Shown here one piece after another: positions 35,687-44,851 of a DNA stretch of 64,000 nt. Source of the DNA: a virus (taxonomy: Duplodnaviria; Heunggongvirae; Uroviricota; Caudoviricetes). The stretch is from the IMG/VR virus record IMGVR_UViG_3300037423_000296, positions 11,541 to 75,540 of that record, one strand, 5' to 3'. Position numbers and translations under genes: made by a program. Position 1 is the stretch's first letter; each line of letters starts with the position of its first letter. The notes under the pieces were generated by a model. The model was not told the DNA's origin and did no database searches. It was given only the letters and a program-made list of their open reading frames with translations.

Positions 35687-35965
35687 TTAAAACTCCTTAC
35701 ATTTTGGGCAGGCCACTGTATAGCCGCCGATTGTTTGGGGGTCATGCTTATAACCTACGAAGGCATTCTCAGACAATAGTTCATGCTCATTGTCCCAATC
35801 TCTTCGTAGCAAATCCCGCGCCATCTTGTCGGCACGCTCCTGCTTGAGCTTCCGAGACATCTCTTTAGCTTTATCTTTGGTCTTCTTCATTTGAAGACCC
35901 CAGTATACTGCAAATCCGGTCCCGCCTGTGAGGACGACACCGAGACTCACTAGTCCTTGTCGCAT
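35687..35965 (-). CDS. membrane protein
   Basis: ORF track; N-terminal TM. Confidence 0.45.
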   Translation of the reverse strand: MRQGLVSLGVVLTGGTGFAVYWGLQMKKTKDKAKEMSRKLKQERADKMARDLLRRDWDNEHELLSENAFVGYKHDPQTIGGYTVACPKCKEF

Positions 35966-36159
35966 TATTCCTCACAGTAGTCGGGGTTATCGAGCGGCGT
36001 AGGCGTTCTCGCTTTATTGCCGCATGACACACAATACATATCTAGGGAGTACGATGCAATCTCATACTCATCAAATGTTGCCAGAATCTTCCAAGTGTCA
36101 CATCCACAGATACAAATGTGGGTAACCACGCCAAGGTCAAGAGGTCTTTCGTTGGACAC
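35965..36159 (-). CDS. small zinc-ribbon protein
   Basis: CICGCD..CVSCGN. Confidence 0.4.
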   Translation of the reverse strand: MSNERPLDLGVVTHICICGCDTWKILATFDEYEIASYSLDMYCVSCGNKARTPTPLDNPDYCEE

Positions 36160-36308
36160 TTTTCTTCTTCTGGCCTTCCTTCTTATTGTGACACTTACAG
36201 TGACACTTCAAATCCCCGTTTTGTTTGGTGCACACTTCGTGCTGATTTGTCAAGCACCAGCCGAACTTGGATTTCCCCTCAGTTACAGCAGAAACGGGCA
36301 TGATTCTC

Positions 36309-36632
36309 CTATCGGCGGATTTCGGAAGCTAGCTGAAGTGCTGTACGAGCCTTAATTTCTCGACCCTCAACACCATTACGGGCGTCCTCATAGAACCAAA
36401 CCTGTGGCACTGACATGATGCCAAATTGCTCCTTGACACCTTCAACGTGGTCAACATCAGCGTCAAGGAAAGTGTAATCAGGCATGGTCTGAGCCGCTGC
36501 CTTTACGTGTGGCGCAAGTCTCTGACAAGGGACGCACCAATCAACTGCTGAGAAGGTTACCACAACATTCGGTGTAGTATCAAGTACATCCAGCAATTCG
36601 TCTAGACTCTCTACCTTGATAACCTCACTCAA
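36309..36632 (-). CDS. trx: thioredoxin
   Basis: WCVPC active-site motif in thioredoxin-length protein. Confidence 0.85.
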   Translation of the reverse strand: MSEVIKVESLDELLDVLDTTPNVVVTFSAVDWCVPCQRLAPHVKAAAQTMPDYTFLDADVDHVEGVKEQFGIMSVPQVWFYEDARNGVEGREIKARTALQLASEIRR

Positions 36633-37035
36633 AGTGAACCCGCACCTCCTTCAGCACACCGTTCGGGAATAGCCGCTCGAAATCAGCCTTGGCGTCTTCC
36701 AACGAAGTTCCCTCGAAGGTGTACTCTACTGGAGAGTGGCCCACAAGCACAAACTTGTGAGTGTTGCTCTCGGCAGCCTTACCGGCTCCGATGAAGGTCA
36801 AGCTACTGACATTCATGAACGTGTTGAACTTTCCCTTGATATTCGTGTTGTAATAGTTACCGGCAGACCCAGCCTTGATGAATGCGTCCCAAGTCCACGA
36901 AGGAACCTTGGAATATCCATAAAGACCGTTGCCAGAGAACTTCACGAATAGATTCTGCTCGCCTCGGTGATAGTAAGCCACGCTGACAAGCGTGCTGTCC
37001 GGACTGAAGCTATCCGTGTATTTGTAATCTGTCAC
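36625..37035 (-). CDS. KTSC-domain-like protein
   Basis: VKFSGNGLYGYSKVP..AGSAGNYYNTNIKGKF resembles KTSC domain (recalled). Confidence 0.45.
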   Translation of the reverse strand: MTDYKYTDSFSPDSTLVSVAYYHRGEQNLFVKFSGNGLYGYSKVPSWTWDAFIKAGSAGNYYNTNIKGKFNTFMNVSSLTFIGAGKAAESNTHKFVLVGHSPVEYTFEGTSLEDAKADFERLFPNGVLKEVRVHFE

Positions 37036-37325
37036 TCAATTTCTCCCATTCTCAAGAATACCTCTACTTTACCAGATTCAGACTGCTTAAACAAGAGGTG
37101 TCGCATGATTACCTGCGCACTTGTGTTCTTCACATGAGAATTCACGGCTTGGTATTCTACTTCAAACTTTGCCCTGTCTAGTACTGCTTGGATGTCTTCG
37201 GCAGTAGGAACTCTTTGAGACCCGCCGATTTTCCAGGTGAGATTGTGCTTTACGAAAAGCTCCGCAATCTCACCAGCTAGAGCGGTGATGGGTTCGCTTG
37301 ACGGCATCAGATACTCCCTGTGCAA
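37032..37325 (-). CDS. hypothetical protein
   Basis: ORF track. Confidence 0.45.
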   Translation of the reverse strand: MHREYLMPSSEPITALAGEIAELFVKHNLTWKIGGSQRVPTAEDIQAVLDRAKFEVEYQAVNSHVKNTSAQVIMRHLLFKQSESGKVEVFLRMGEIE

Positions 37326-37500
37326 TGTCAGTGCTTCGTAGATTTGGAATGTTGATGACTGGCTTGGAGTCGTCTAGCTTGACACTCTTCACTCCAAAGT
37401 CAGAATCCTCAATGTTGGCAAGCAAATCTCCGAGACGAGAATATACTTCACTCTCGAATTCCGTCTCAATCTCTAGCTCAAGCGTTACTTTCTTACGCAT
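37270..37500 (-). CDS. hypothetical protein
   Basis: ORF track. Confidence 0.4.
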   Translation of the reverse strand: MRKKVTLELEIETEFESEVYSRLGDLLANIEDSDFGVKSVKLDDSKPVINIPNLRSTDIAQGVSDAVKRTHHRSSW

Positions 37501-38122
37501 TTGCGTAAATCTCCTTTAGTGGTGTTGGGCTTCCGTGGACGTTAATCAAGTGGTCGAGACCCATGCGGCCTCTGCGCTGTACCGCCTTGCAATCTTGTGC
37601 TGTCCACAAGCCTTGAACAATACCCCCGGCGAATCGAGCAGGCAGGAATCTTCCGCCCCCCTTTGCCTCGTGCTGGTGATACCTTCTGTGCTCAGCAATA
37701 GCCAAGCATTGTACGGCATACAAGAATGTCTGTGGATGAAGGCTGTCTGTCCATAGCTCACCTTCATCGCCGGGGTTTTCCGGTAGAAGGTGATATGTTG
37801 GCCTATGCCAATCAAGCTTGGCAGGGTCTTCACCAAAGACTACCTTAACGTAATCCACGAAGAATTGCTCTGTGGTGTAAAGGTCGTCGCCGCATTTCTT
37901 TTCAATGTCGTGAAAGAGGTCGTCATGAGTGAACTGGTGATTTACCCAGCCTAGTCTTTCATCACTTACCATTACGACAAAATCCCCGCCTTCCGGGGTT
38001 GTGTCTTTCTGATGTCTTCCCGGCATTGCAAGAACCACGCCATTATATGGAGTCATAGTCATGACGTGGTTCTTACCACCAGTTGCGTAGGGAATCATCT
38101 TATGCAGTGTGTCGAATTTCAA
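37493..38122 (-). CDS. hypothetical protein (209 aa)
   Basis: ORF track. Confidence 0.5.
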   Translation of the reverse strand: MKFDTLHKMIPYATGGKNHVMTMTPYNGVVLAMPGRHQKDTTPEGGDFVVMVSDERLGWVNHQFTHDDLFHDIEKKCGDDLYTTEQFFVDYVKVVFGEDPAKLDWHRPTYHLLPENPGDEGELWTDSLHPQTFLYAVQCLAIAEHRRYHQHEAKGGGRFLPARFAGGIVQGLWTAQDCKAVQRRGRMGLDHLINVHGSPTPLKEIYANA

Positions 38123-38202
38123 AATTGCCTTTTAGGTCACACGGTCGATGACTGCCCAAGCCATTTCTTGACCGAATTCAAGTACCGAACGCCAGTAGAG
38201 TT

Positions 38203-38436
38203 TCAACGGGATAACCTCAATTGAGTCTTTCTATCCATGTAGATATACTCTACCTGCTTTTTTGGTACCAACTCGTGAGCCATTCGCATGGCTCCACGGA
38301 TATTCCTATGAATCCCAGAAAATTCTGCCCTATCAGGGTCAAACGGCCAGTCGTGCGGTTCGATTGGTTGCAAATGCCAACCCCAGTACTTTGATGCCGT
38401 GTTCTGAATCAAACACAGCTTGTACACAATAGCCAT
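38203..38436 (-). CDS. hypothetical protein
   Basis: ORF track. Confidence 0.45.
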   Translation of the reverse strand: MAIVYKLCLIQNTASKYWGWHLQPIEPHDWPFDPDRAEFSGIHRNIRGAMRMAHELVPKKQVEYIYMDRKTQLRLSR

Positions 38437-38448
38437 CAGTCCTCCTTA

Positions 38449-38622
38449 GAAGAGAGCCTTAATTTCCTCTGAAATGCGGTGAGAAGCTTCTTCAATACTT
38501 TCTTCTTCACCACCGGCCAAAAACTCAAACTCTTCATCATTGAGTTCCTGACCAATTCCCCAAGTGTAGACGTTATCCGTCTCCTTGGTGATGTATACAT
38601 ATAGTTCGTAAGTATCCATTAA
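38449..38622 (-). CDS. small acidic protein (57 aa)
   Basis: manual ORF MDTYELYVYITKE.. Confidence 0.35.
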
Positions 38623-38909
38623 TTCCTCTCAACAATACGACATCCGCCGTCACACGATGACCAAAACACCTTGAACAATGAATCGGGGTAACCCAGAGTC
38701 ACTGATGCAGTTTCAGGAGCGTAAGCAATGTCCATCAACTCTAGCCTGTAAGTCTCTGGGATTTGCCCGAGTTGGTACATGTATACGTTGCCAATTAGCT
38801 CAACAAAATCATCGATGCTACGTTCAGCGGATTCATATTCACTCTCATAGAGTACCACACCTTGAGGTGTAATACTAACGATATGAAAGTGTCTATCGGA
38901 GATATCCAA
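38619..38909 (-). CDS. hypothetical protein
   Basis: ORF track. Confidence 0.45.
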   Translation of the reverse strand: MDISDRHFHIVSITPQGVVLYESEYESAERSIDDFVELIGNVYMYQLGQIPETYRLELMDIAYAPETASVTLGYPDSLFKVFWSSCDGGCRIVERN

Positions 38910-39231
38910 GTGCTCGTAGCTTCCTATTCATTTCTTCCGAACTTCTAGCTTCATAGTCTACGTAGGTAGCGTAATCTCCATCGGCAGGCATTAGCTTGCC
39001 TTCGAATACTGCCACAATCGCCAGATGAAGCCCGCGCTCTTTCGCTTCCATTTGTGCAAGGTCTTCGGCCATTTGCGGGGTCAGGCAGTCATAGTGACCG
39101 GCCCAACGCTCCCACGATTCATGCCAAAACCCTACCACAGTCCACCAGTCATGGCGGATGTCATCCTGAAGTTCATTCTCAACATAGTCACTCACCCGAA
39201 CCATCTCCAAACTTTGCATACAGGATTCCAA
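38893..39231 (-). CDS. hypothetical protein
   Basis: ORF track. Confidence 0.45.
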   Translation of the reverse strand: MESCMQSLEMVRVSDYVENELQDDIRHDWWTVVGFWHESWERWAGHYDCLTPQMAEDLAQMEAKERGLHLAIVAVFEGKLMPADGDYATYVDYEARSSEEMNRKLRALGYLR

Positions 39232-39370
39232 TGGTGACCCATGGAATCATTGCTGCTGCCCAGAGAATCGGACTGTCCATAGCTAGTGCATAAATCGACT
39301 CTACCAATGAAGTAAACGAGCCGACAATAATTGAATTACGAGCTTCCGGTGTCACAAGCCCTCCTTGTAG
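39232..39370 (-). CDS. small membrane protein (46 aa)
   Basis: manual ORF, hydrophobic. Confidence 0.3.
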
Positions 39371-39442
39371 AAGTACCAGATAGTGAAAATACCCCCGCCA
39401 ACAACAAGGCCGATAGCAAGGCCAATAATTAGTTCCTTCATT
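39353..39442 (-). CDS. tiny single-TM protein (29 aa, MKELIIGLAIGLVVGGGIFTIWYFYKEGL)
   Basis: manual ORF. Confidence 0.3.
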
Positions 39443-39498
39443 TCCCCTCCTATAAAGAAAAGAGTACCACCCTTACGAGTGGTACTCCAAATCCATAG

Positions 39499-40191
39499 TC
39501 AGCGTCGGCTGGTACGAATTCCACCGGAAGAGGAAGACTTGCTACTCCAACCGGAGCTATTCCTGCTGCTACTTCCAGTCCTGTAACCGCCGCCACTTGA
39601 GGAAGGCTTCCAACTACTAGACTTTTCCTGCTTCTTGTACCACTTGTCTGCATTATTCTTCACAGACTTGCCATTGTCACCCCGAATTCCAGAGCCGCCC
39701 TTGGAGCGAACACCGCCTCCGAATTGCGAAGTCTGAACACGGTCACCATCAACCTTGTTACCCTTGTTGTCAACGTAGACAGCCTTCTTCTGAGCAACCT
39801 TAATATCCTTTGCCCAAGTGGTCTCAAAGTCACGAACATAGACCGCATAAATCTTGCGGTTCGAAGCCGGAACGTAGTAGTCGCGGTATTCAGGGGATTC
39901 GTAATACTTTACGTAACGAACCTGCCAAGACCAAGGAGCCTGAGCCGGTCGCCAGGTGGGCTGGCAAAGACCCTCTCGAATGAGCATATCTGCTTCGGCC
40001 TGAGTCTGCATGTAGTAACACATGCCATTCTCACCGAATGATGCAGGCCGATAATAATTGGTCTTGTTCCAGTTCGGACCACAGGCCGATGCACCAACGA
40101 GAACCGCCAGAACACCGAACAATCCGAGCAACTTCTTGAGCAATTTATCCTCCTCTTTGGGGGTTATACATAGCAATAACCCCGGCTTCAT
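39499..40191 (-). CDS. secreted/lipoprotein candidate with Ser/Gly-rich C-terminal tail
   Basis: signal peptide ..LVGASAC, long S/G-rich tail. Confidence 0.55.
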   Translation of the reverse strand: MKPGLLLCITPKEEDKLLKKLLGLFGVLAVLVGASACGPNWNKTNYYRPASFGENGMCYYMQTQAEADMLIREGLCQPTWRPAQAPWSWQVRYVKYYESPEYRDYYVPASNRKIYAVYVRDFETTWAKDIKVAQKKAVYVDNKGNKVDGDRVQTSQFGGGVRSKGGSGIRGDNGKSVKNNADKWYKKQEKSSSWKPSSSGGGYRTGSSSRNSSGWSSKSSSSGGIRTSRR

Positions 40192-40217
40192 CGTTGAGAG
40201 GAAATCCGGGGTTTACG

Positions 40218-40290
40218 AGCGTATGGCCGGGTTCGAACCGGCGACATCAACGTTGGCAACGTTGCACTCTACCTACTGAGTTACATACGC
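40218..40290 (-). tRNA. tRNA-Gly (GCC)
   Basis: manual cloverleaf; loop UUGCCAA. Confidence 0.8.
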
Positions 40291-40364
40291 AAAGGCAGGA
40301 TATGTAGGCGTCATCGGTATTTAGCAATGTGAGTGATAGGTAACCGATTAACTTCGACCCTGCG

Positions 40365-40441
40365 TGGGGTGACTGACGGGGTTCGAACCCGCGTACTCTG
40401 CTTCACAGGCAGATATCTGAGACCGCTCGATTACAGCCACC
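40365..40441 (-). tRNA. tRNA-His (GUG) with G-1 and encoded CCA
   Basis: manual cloverleaf; loop CUGUGAA; 8-bp acceptor incl G-1:C73. Confidence 0.8.
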
Positions 40442-40457
40442 ATAGCGCTTACGCGCA

Positions 40458-40652
40458 TTAATCCAATGGGATTATTGTTACTTCGAATCCCTGAGCATTC
40501 AGCTTCTTCCAAGCTTCCTGTCCATGGTGATTGCAAAATACTAGCATCAATGTGCCCTTTTCTGCAACCATATACCCTCGTGCGCCGCACTTGTCACATC
40601 GTTGTGACACAGGATTGTGTTCCTGCAACTTCTCTACAACATTCATTGACAT
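40458..40652 (-). CDS. small zinc-ribbon protein
   Basis: CDKCGARG..CNHHG. Confidence 0.4.
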   Translation of the reverse strand: MSMNVVEKLQEHNPVSQRCDKCGARGYMVAEKGTLMLVFCNHHGQEAWKKLNAQGFEVTIIPLD

Positions 40653-40682
40653 AGCGCCTCCTATAGAATCGGGGGTACCGAG

Positions 40683-40753
40683 AGCGGATGACCAGAATCG
40701 AACTGGCTTCTCTAGCTTGGAAGGCTAGGGCACAACCAATATACCACATCCGC
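40683..40753 (-). tRNA. tRNA-Gly (UCC)
   Basis: manual cloverleaf; loop CUUCCAA. Confidence 0.75.
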
Positions 40754-40777
40754 AATGACATTCTTTCGAATGTCTCG

Positions 40778-40848
40778 CACTCCTACGGAGAATTGAACTC
40801 CGACTAACAACTTGAGAGGCTGTCGTACTACCCTTATACGATAGGAGC
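40778..40848 (-). tRNA. tRNA-Glu (CUC)
   Basis: manual cloverleaf; loop CUCUCAA. Confidence 0.65.
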
Positions 40849-40936
40849 AAAATCGGGTTTTTAGGAGCCCGTCTCCTGCCAGGTGTTTCACTGGCTGCCC
40901 TGATGTTTCTATTCTATCAGAGCGTTTGCACCACTG

Positions 40937-41239
40937 TCAAGCCGATGTCTCAGGGGTTGTTTGTGTTGGGGCTTTTGAGGTATCTCCCTGACCCATCTTA
41001 TACTTGATGAACTCGTCCATTAGAGCGTAGTACTTCACACGCCACTTGTCAAGCTCTTCTTCTGTCTTGGCAAGCTCTAGACGAAGTTCTTTAATGTCTG
41101 ACCGCAACTCGTTACGAAAGTCTGTTGCAGTGTCATCTTTAGATTTAGACCTGTTTAGCCAGTGCTCGATGACCTTCAGTCCGGAACCCCCGAGAAGAGC
41201 ACCAATGAGTGCTAGCCAAGCCTGATTAATTTCCGGCAT
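40937..41239 (-). CDS. membrane/coiled-coil protein
   Basis: ORF track. Confidence 0.45.
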   Translation of the reverse strand: MPEINQAWLALIGALLGGSGLKVIEHWLNRSKSKDDTATDFRNELRSDIKELRLELAKTEEELDKWRVKYYALMDEFIKYKMGQGDTSKAPTQTTPETSA

Positions 41240-41663
41240 CTTGTGTATCCATCTCCCACTTTAGTCTCAAGTGGCAAACAGCCGAGATGAGTGCCAGACC
41301 AAATGTCTGCAACCAGGATAGTCTCTGGGTTCCAAAGAGAATAACCCCGGAAAAACCATAAAAGGTCAGCAACAGAAAGGACGTGAACGTTACAATTCTG
41401 CGAACCTGCTGCCTCCTAGGCCACTTCTTACGGAGCAGAGCATACAGCATCGGTCCAGCCATCAAGATTTGCACAGTACCAAACAATATTGACAGAGTAA
41501 TTCCATCAATAATTTTCAGCTGTGAAGCCGCCCCAGGATTCGGTGTGTACCACGGTGTCATAAACCAAATCCCCGTCAAGAACAGAATGAAGGCGATGAT
41601 AGACTCGATTGCTTCCATCGGTCGCTTCGCAATGGACTTGAAAAAGGTAATTGGCTCAATCAT
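41226..41663 (-). CDS. integral membrane protein (about 4 TM)
   Basis: ORF track; hydrophobic segments. Confidence 0.5.
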   Translation of the reverse strand: MIEPITFFKSIAKRPMEAIESIIAFILFLTGIWFMTPWYTPNPGAASQLKIIDGITLSILFGTVQILMAGPMLYALLRKKWPRRQQVRRIVTFTSFLLLTFYGFSGVILFGTQRLSWLQTFGLALISAVCHLRLKWEMDTQDAGN

Positions 41664-41716
41664 GGTCTAATTATAGCCCGGAACGGATTAGGTGCCAAAA
41701 AGGTAACTCTCAGTAA

Positions 41717-41962
41717 CTAGCCCAGCAATTCTTTTGCAGTGATTTCTGGACCACAATACCGGCGATGCTTGATGTATTCACGAAAAGTCTCATCGCCGCC
41801 AATACGACCGGCCAAGATGATAAAGCTTCGTGGTTCCATCTTACTGTTAATGCAGGTCTGACACAGAAGAATCTTAGTCTTCTTCCAAAGCTTTGATTCC
41901 TTGGCATGAAGCTCAGCCTTCTGCTTGCCACAACTCTGGCACTCCATTAATTCCCCTCCCAT
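41717..41962 (-). CDS. zinc-ribbon protein
   Basis: CQSCGK..CQTC. Confidence 0.45.
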   Translation of the reverse strand: MGGELMECQSCGKQKAELHAKESKLWKKTKILLCQTCINSKMEPRSFIILAGRIGGDETFREYIKHRRYCGPEITAKELLG

Positions 41963-42213
41963 TTACGGTACGGCACCGGGTTTGTAGAGCCCTGAATGTG
42001 ACACTTGGTACCGGTCAGTCTAATTGCATCTCGCAGCTTGTATAGGTAATCAGCTAGGCCTAGTTTCTGTGGTTCGCTGAATGATTCAATATTGTCTTTG
42101 TAAACCCGCAACTCAAGGTAATCTTGGTGCTCAACCATATCAACAAAGAACCCCCGATATGGACACTTTGTTGTCTTGAAGATACGCTGAACCTCAGATG
42201 TGTAAAGGCTCAT
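41947..42213 (-). CDS. hypothetical protein
   Basis: ORF track. Confidence 0.45.
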   Translation of the reverse strand: MSLYTSEVQRIFKTTKCPYRGFFVDMVEHQDYLELRVYKDNIESFSEPQKLGLADYLYKLRDAIRLTGTKCHIQGSTNPVPYRKWEGN

Positions 42214-42548
42214 GATACCTTCCTCTCAATTGCATCCCAAATTTCTTGAGTTTTGTGTGAATTCTTGTTCTTGTCTGGCTTACCGGAGCCATTCCAGTAA
42301 ACGCCACCCCAAACGCCAAACTCGCCATTCTGGAGTCCAGCAAAAAAGCAGTCTTTAATGACTGGGCATCCGAGACACACCGCGTCGGCTGCCTTAGCAA
42401 TCTCGGTGTCAGATTCGTATTTGTCGCAGAAAATTTCCGGCTCAAGATGTTGGCAGGCAGCCAAGTGATGCCATTCGAATTCTTCCGGGTCAACTCCGAG
42501 ACTTTCTAGCAGTGAAGACATCCTTCTTGCTAACCTCCCAATTGCCAT
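42210..42548 (-). CDS. whiB: WhiB-like (Wbl) Fe-S transcription factor
   Basis: four Cys (C..C..CLGCP..C) plus GVWGG motif. Confidence 0.8.
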   Translation of the reverse strand: MAIGRLARRMSSLLESLGVDPEEFEWHHLAACQHLEPEIFCDKYESDTEIAKAADAVCLGCPVIKDCFFAGLQNGEFGVWGGVYWNGSGKPDKNKNSHKTQEIWDAIERKVS

Positions 42549-42735
42549 CCGCGTTTACCGAGACGCGCTTTTCCACGCCCCAACGTCCATCACGGAAGGC
42601 CCCGTTTACATCCTTGTAACCATAGTGGGTTGGCTTGAAGAAAACCATGTCCCATCCTTCCCAGCGAACCTTATTGCCGAGGTGACGCTGCTCCCGCATA
42701 AACTTGTGGGCAGCGGAGTAATCGAGAATCAACAT
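42490..42735 (-). CDS. hypothetical protein
   Basis: ORF track. Confidence 0.45.
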   Translation of the reverse strand: MLILDYSAAHKFMREQRHLGNKVRWEGWDMVFFKPTHYGYKDVNGAFRDGRWGVEKRVSVNADGNWEVSKKDVFTARKSRS

Positions 42736-42870
42736 TGTTAGTTAATCCTTTCATTTGTAGGAAACATCATGGTTTAATATTAACATGTGCTTAACATGAG
42801 AGTCAAGCGTTTGTTTGACGCTTTTGCCAAACAAAACCCGGCAATGTCATTTTGGTGACCATTGCCGGGG

Positions 42871-42944
42871 TGGAGCCCAATACCTGAGTCGAACAGGCAC
42901 ATCCTCATTACGAAAGAGGCGCACTGCCATTATGCTAATCGGGC
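42871..42944 (-). tRNA. tRNA-Thr (CGU), CCA encoded
   Basis: manual cloverleaf; loop UUCGUAA. Confidence 0.7.
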
Positions 42945-43056
42945 AAATTCAGCTTGACGAACTGATTACGAGATGAAGGGCCTAGAAACCTTCATCACCG
43001 GGGGTTATATGGAATACCCCTCACCAGTGTGCCGTTAGGCTTTACCTTAACACACT

Positions 43057-43131
43057 TGGAGCCCACTGTGGGAATTGAACCCACGACCTTCTCCTTACCA
43101 AGGAGACATTCTACCACTGAACCAAGCGGGC
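43057..43131 (-). tRNA. tRNA-Thr (GGU), CCA encoded
   Basis: manual cloverleaf; loop UUGGUAA. Confidence 0.8.
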
Positions 43132-43399
43132 AAATTACATAACAAAGCAATAATAGCCGGGGTTCTGTTATTTCATGCAAGCATCTGTCTCGGGTTCTTT
43201 TACGAACCCGGCGATTTCGTTGCCTCCATCGCTGCCCTCTACCCGACATCCTATGGGAATGAAACCGGATGTCTGCTTGAGGTTGCTCCCATCCTACACC
43301 CTGCTTTTTCGGTTGGGCTTAGTGGACGCACCACACGGCTTTCATTCTGGGAGCCCCGAACTTGTCCTCTGCGTTAACCGCAGCGCTCGCATCATGCTT

Positions 43400-43450
43400 T
43401 GTTAAAACTATTTTAGCAAAAGAGAGGGGACTTTGGCAAGTCCCCTCTCT
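43400..43450 (-). terminator. intrinsic terminator (agagaggggac/gtcccctctct stem, U-run)
   Basis: read in sequence downstream of 43456..43758. Confidence 0.65.
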
Positions 43451-43455
43451 TAGAC

Positions 43456-43758
43456 TCACTTCTCGTTCTTCTTGGTTGCCTCGTCTGAAGTTACAACTCC
43501 AGCGTCAGAAGCACCAACCTCACGACGGAAAGCTGCATCTGCGAAAGAGGTTCCGTTTTCACGGGCACGACGCTGCTCCAATGTCTCAACGTCTGGACGG
43601 CTCTCGTAGTTCTCAAGAGCGGCCTCGTAGTCAACGTACTCCGGGGCGACCTTACCAGCCTCAGCGGCTCGTGCAGCGGCCTCCTCGTCAACCTTGTTTC
43701 CGCGCTCCTCTGGAGCTAGAAGACCTGAGTAATCGTAGTCCTTCTTGTCATCTGCCAT
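43456..43758 (-). CDS. hypothetical acidic protein
   Basis: ORF track. Confidence 0.5.
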   Translation of the reverse strand: MADDKKDYDYSGLLAPEERGNKVDEEAAARAAEAGKVAPEYVDYEAALENYESRPDVETLEQRRARENGTSFADAAFRREVGASDAGVVTSDEATKKNEK

Positions 43759-43795
43759 ATGTGTTACACCTCCTTAAGAATAGATTGCACCCTAG

Positions 43796-44566
43796 CTAGG
43801 TACCCAATCCATTCCATTCTACCTTGAATTCGTTCCTAAAGAGAAATTCTTGTGTTTCAAGGTCAAGAATTCCCCAACTATCCCATGTTCCATCCATATC
43901 TAGACCAATTGTTTTGGTGTAATGATTGTCTGCAACAAGGTTCTCCCAGACATAGCGGGTGTGCATATGTCCGTGAAAATGCATCTCTGGCCTAACCCGG
44001 CTCAAAATCGCATCGATACGCTGCCGGTTAGCCAGACTGTCCATGTCAGGCTTGAGTCGGCCCTTCCATGGAGTCCTGTTAGAACAGTCGTGAGTGACTA
44101 AGTAGTCAATCTTACCGGTCTTGATGGAGTCAACCATCTCGTCGGTGACTTCCTCATTCCGCCACCAAGTCTGGCCCTCAACTCTCCACTGCTTATCGAC
44201 CGAGACAGCCCCAGCAACCATGAGAAACTTCTTGCCTTCCCACCCCCAATAATGGACACGTGGAGCTAGCAAGATGTGAGACCGCAGATATGCAAAGCCA
44301 TGGTAGGACTTCGGCATATTCTTTACGAACCAATCCCAGTGGTCCCAATTCTCATGGTTACCGCCGACAGCGTAAATCTTTACGCCCTCTCTTCGGGCAA
44401 CCTCGTTCAATTGGTCTAGAAAACGAATGCCATCCTCGTAGTGACTCCAGAGTCCGAAATCGCCTGTCTGGATAATCTTCTTGACCCCGGCTTTTGACGC
44501 CTCCTTCACCATGTTAATGGCGTGCTTGGTGTTGCCGTGCCAGTCGCCTGCTACGAGTACCTTCAT
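43796..44566 (-). CDS. calcineurin-like metallophosphoesterase (Ser/Thr phosphatase-like)
   Basis: GDWHG, GDFG, GNHE motifs. Confidence 0.8.
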   Translation of the reverse strand: MKVLVAGDWHGNTKHAINMVKEASKAGVKKIIQTGDFGLWSHYEDGIRFLDQLNEVARREGVKIYAVGGNHENWDHWDWFVKNMPKSYHGFAYLRSHILLAPRVHYWGWEGKKFLMVAGAVSVDKQWRVEGQTWWRNEEVTDEMVDSIKTGKIDYLVTHDCSNRTPWKGRLKPDMDSLANRQRIDAILSRVRPEMHFHGHMHTRYVWENLVADNHYTKTIGLDMDGTWDSWGILDLETQEFLFRNEFKVEWNGLGT

Positions 44567-44575
44567 TTCGCCTCC

Positions 44576-44851
44576 TTAAACCCAGTCGTTTTCGTTGATG
44601 CCTTCCTTGCCATGTTTGCACAAGTCTACATGACGACCACACCTTGAGCAAATGGCTTCCTGAGATGCGTAGTAGTGCTTAGGGGGAGCGCTAGGCGACT
44701 CCCCCATTACACTCTCAGCCTTATCAGGCTCAGTAGTCGTCATCTTCGTCGTCGTCTTCATCGTACTCTGGACACTCGTAGTACTCGTGGTCATCGTCAC
44801 CGCAATTCTCACAGTACAAAGTGTCGAAGTCGTTCTCGTCCAACTCGCCAA
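44576..44851 (-). CDS. hypothetical Cys-containing protein (true start probably internal)
   Basis: ORF track. Confidence 0.35.
   Translation of the reverse strand: MASWTRTTSTLCTVRIAVTMTTSTTSVQSTMKTTTKMTTTEPDKAESVMGESPSAPPKHYYASQEAICSRCGRHVDLCKHGKEGINENDWV

Noticed and set aside
42995-43249. ORF-track CDS overlapping tRNA-Thr(GGU)
   Set aside because: It lies wholly across a well-folded tRNA on the same strand and its product is low-complexity. It is likely spurious. The same applies to 48395..48658, 48942..49124, 52902..53231, 53310..53492 and 59375..59566, which cover tRNA genes.
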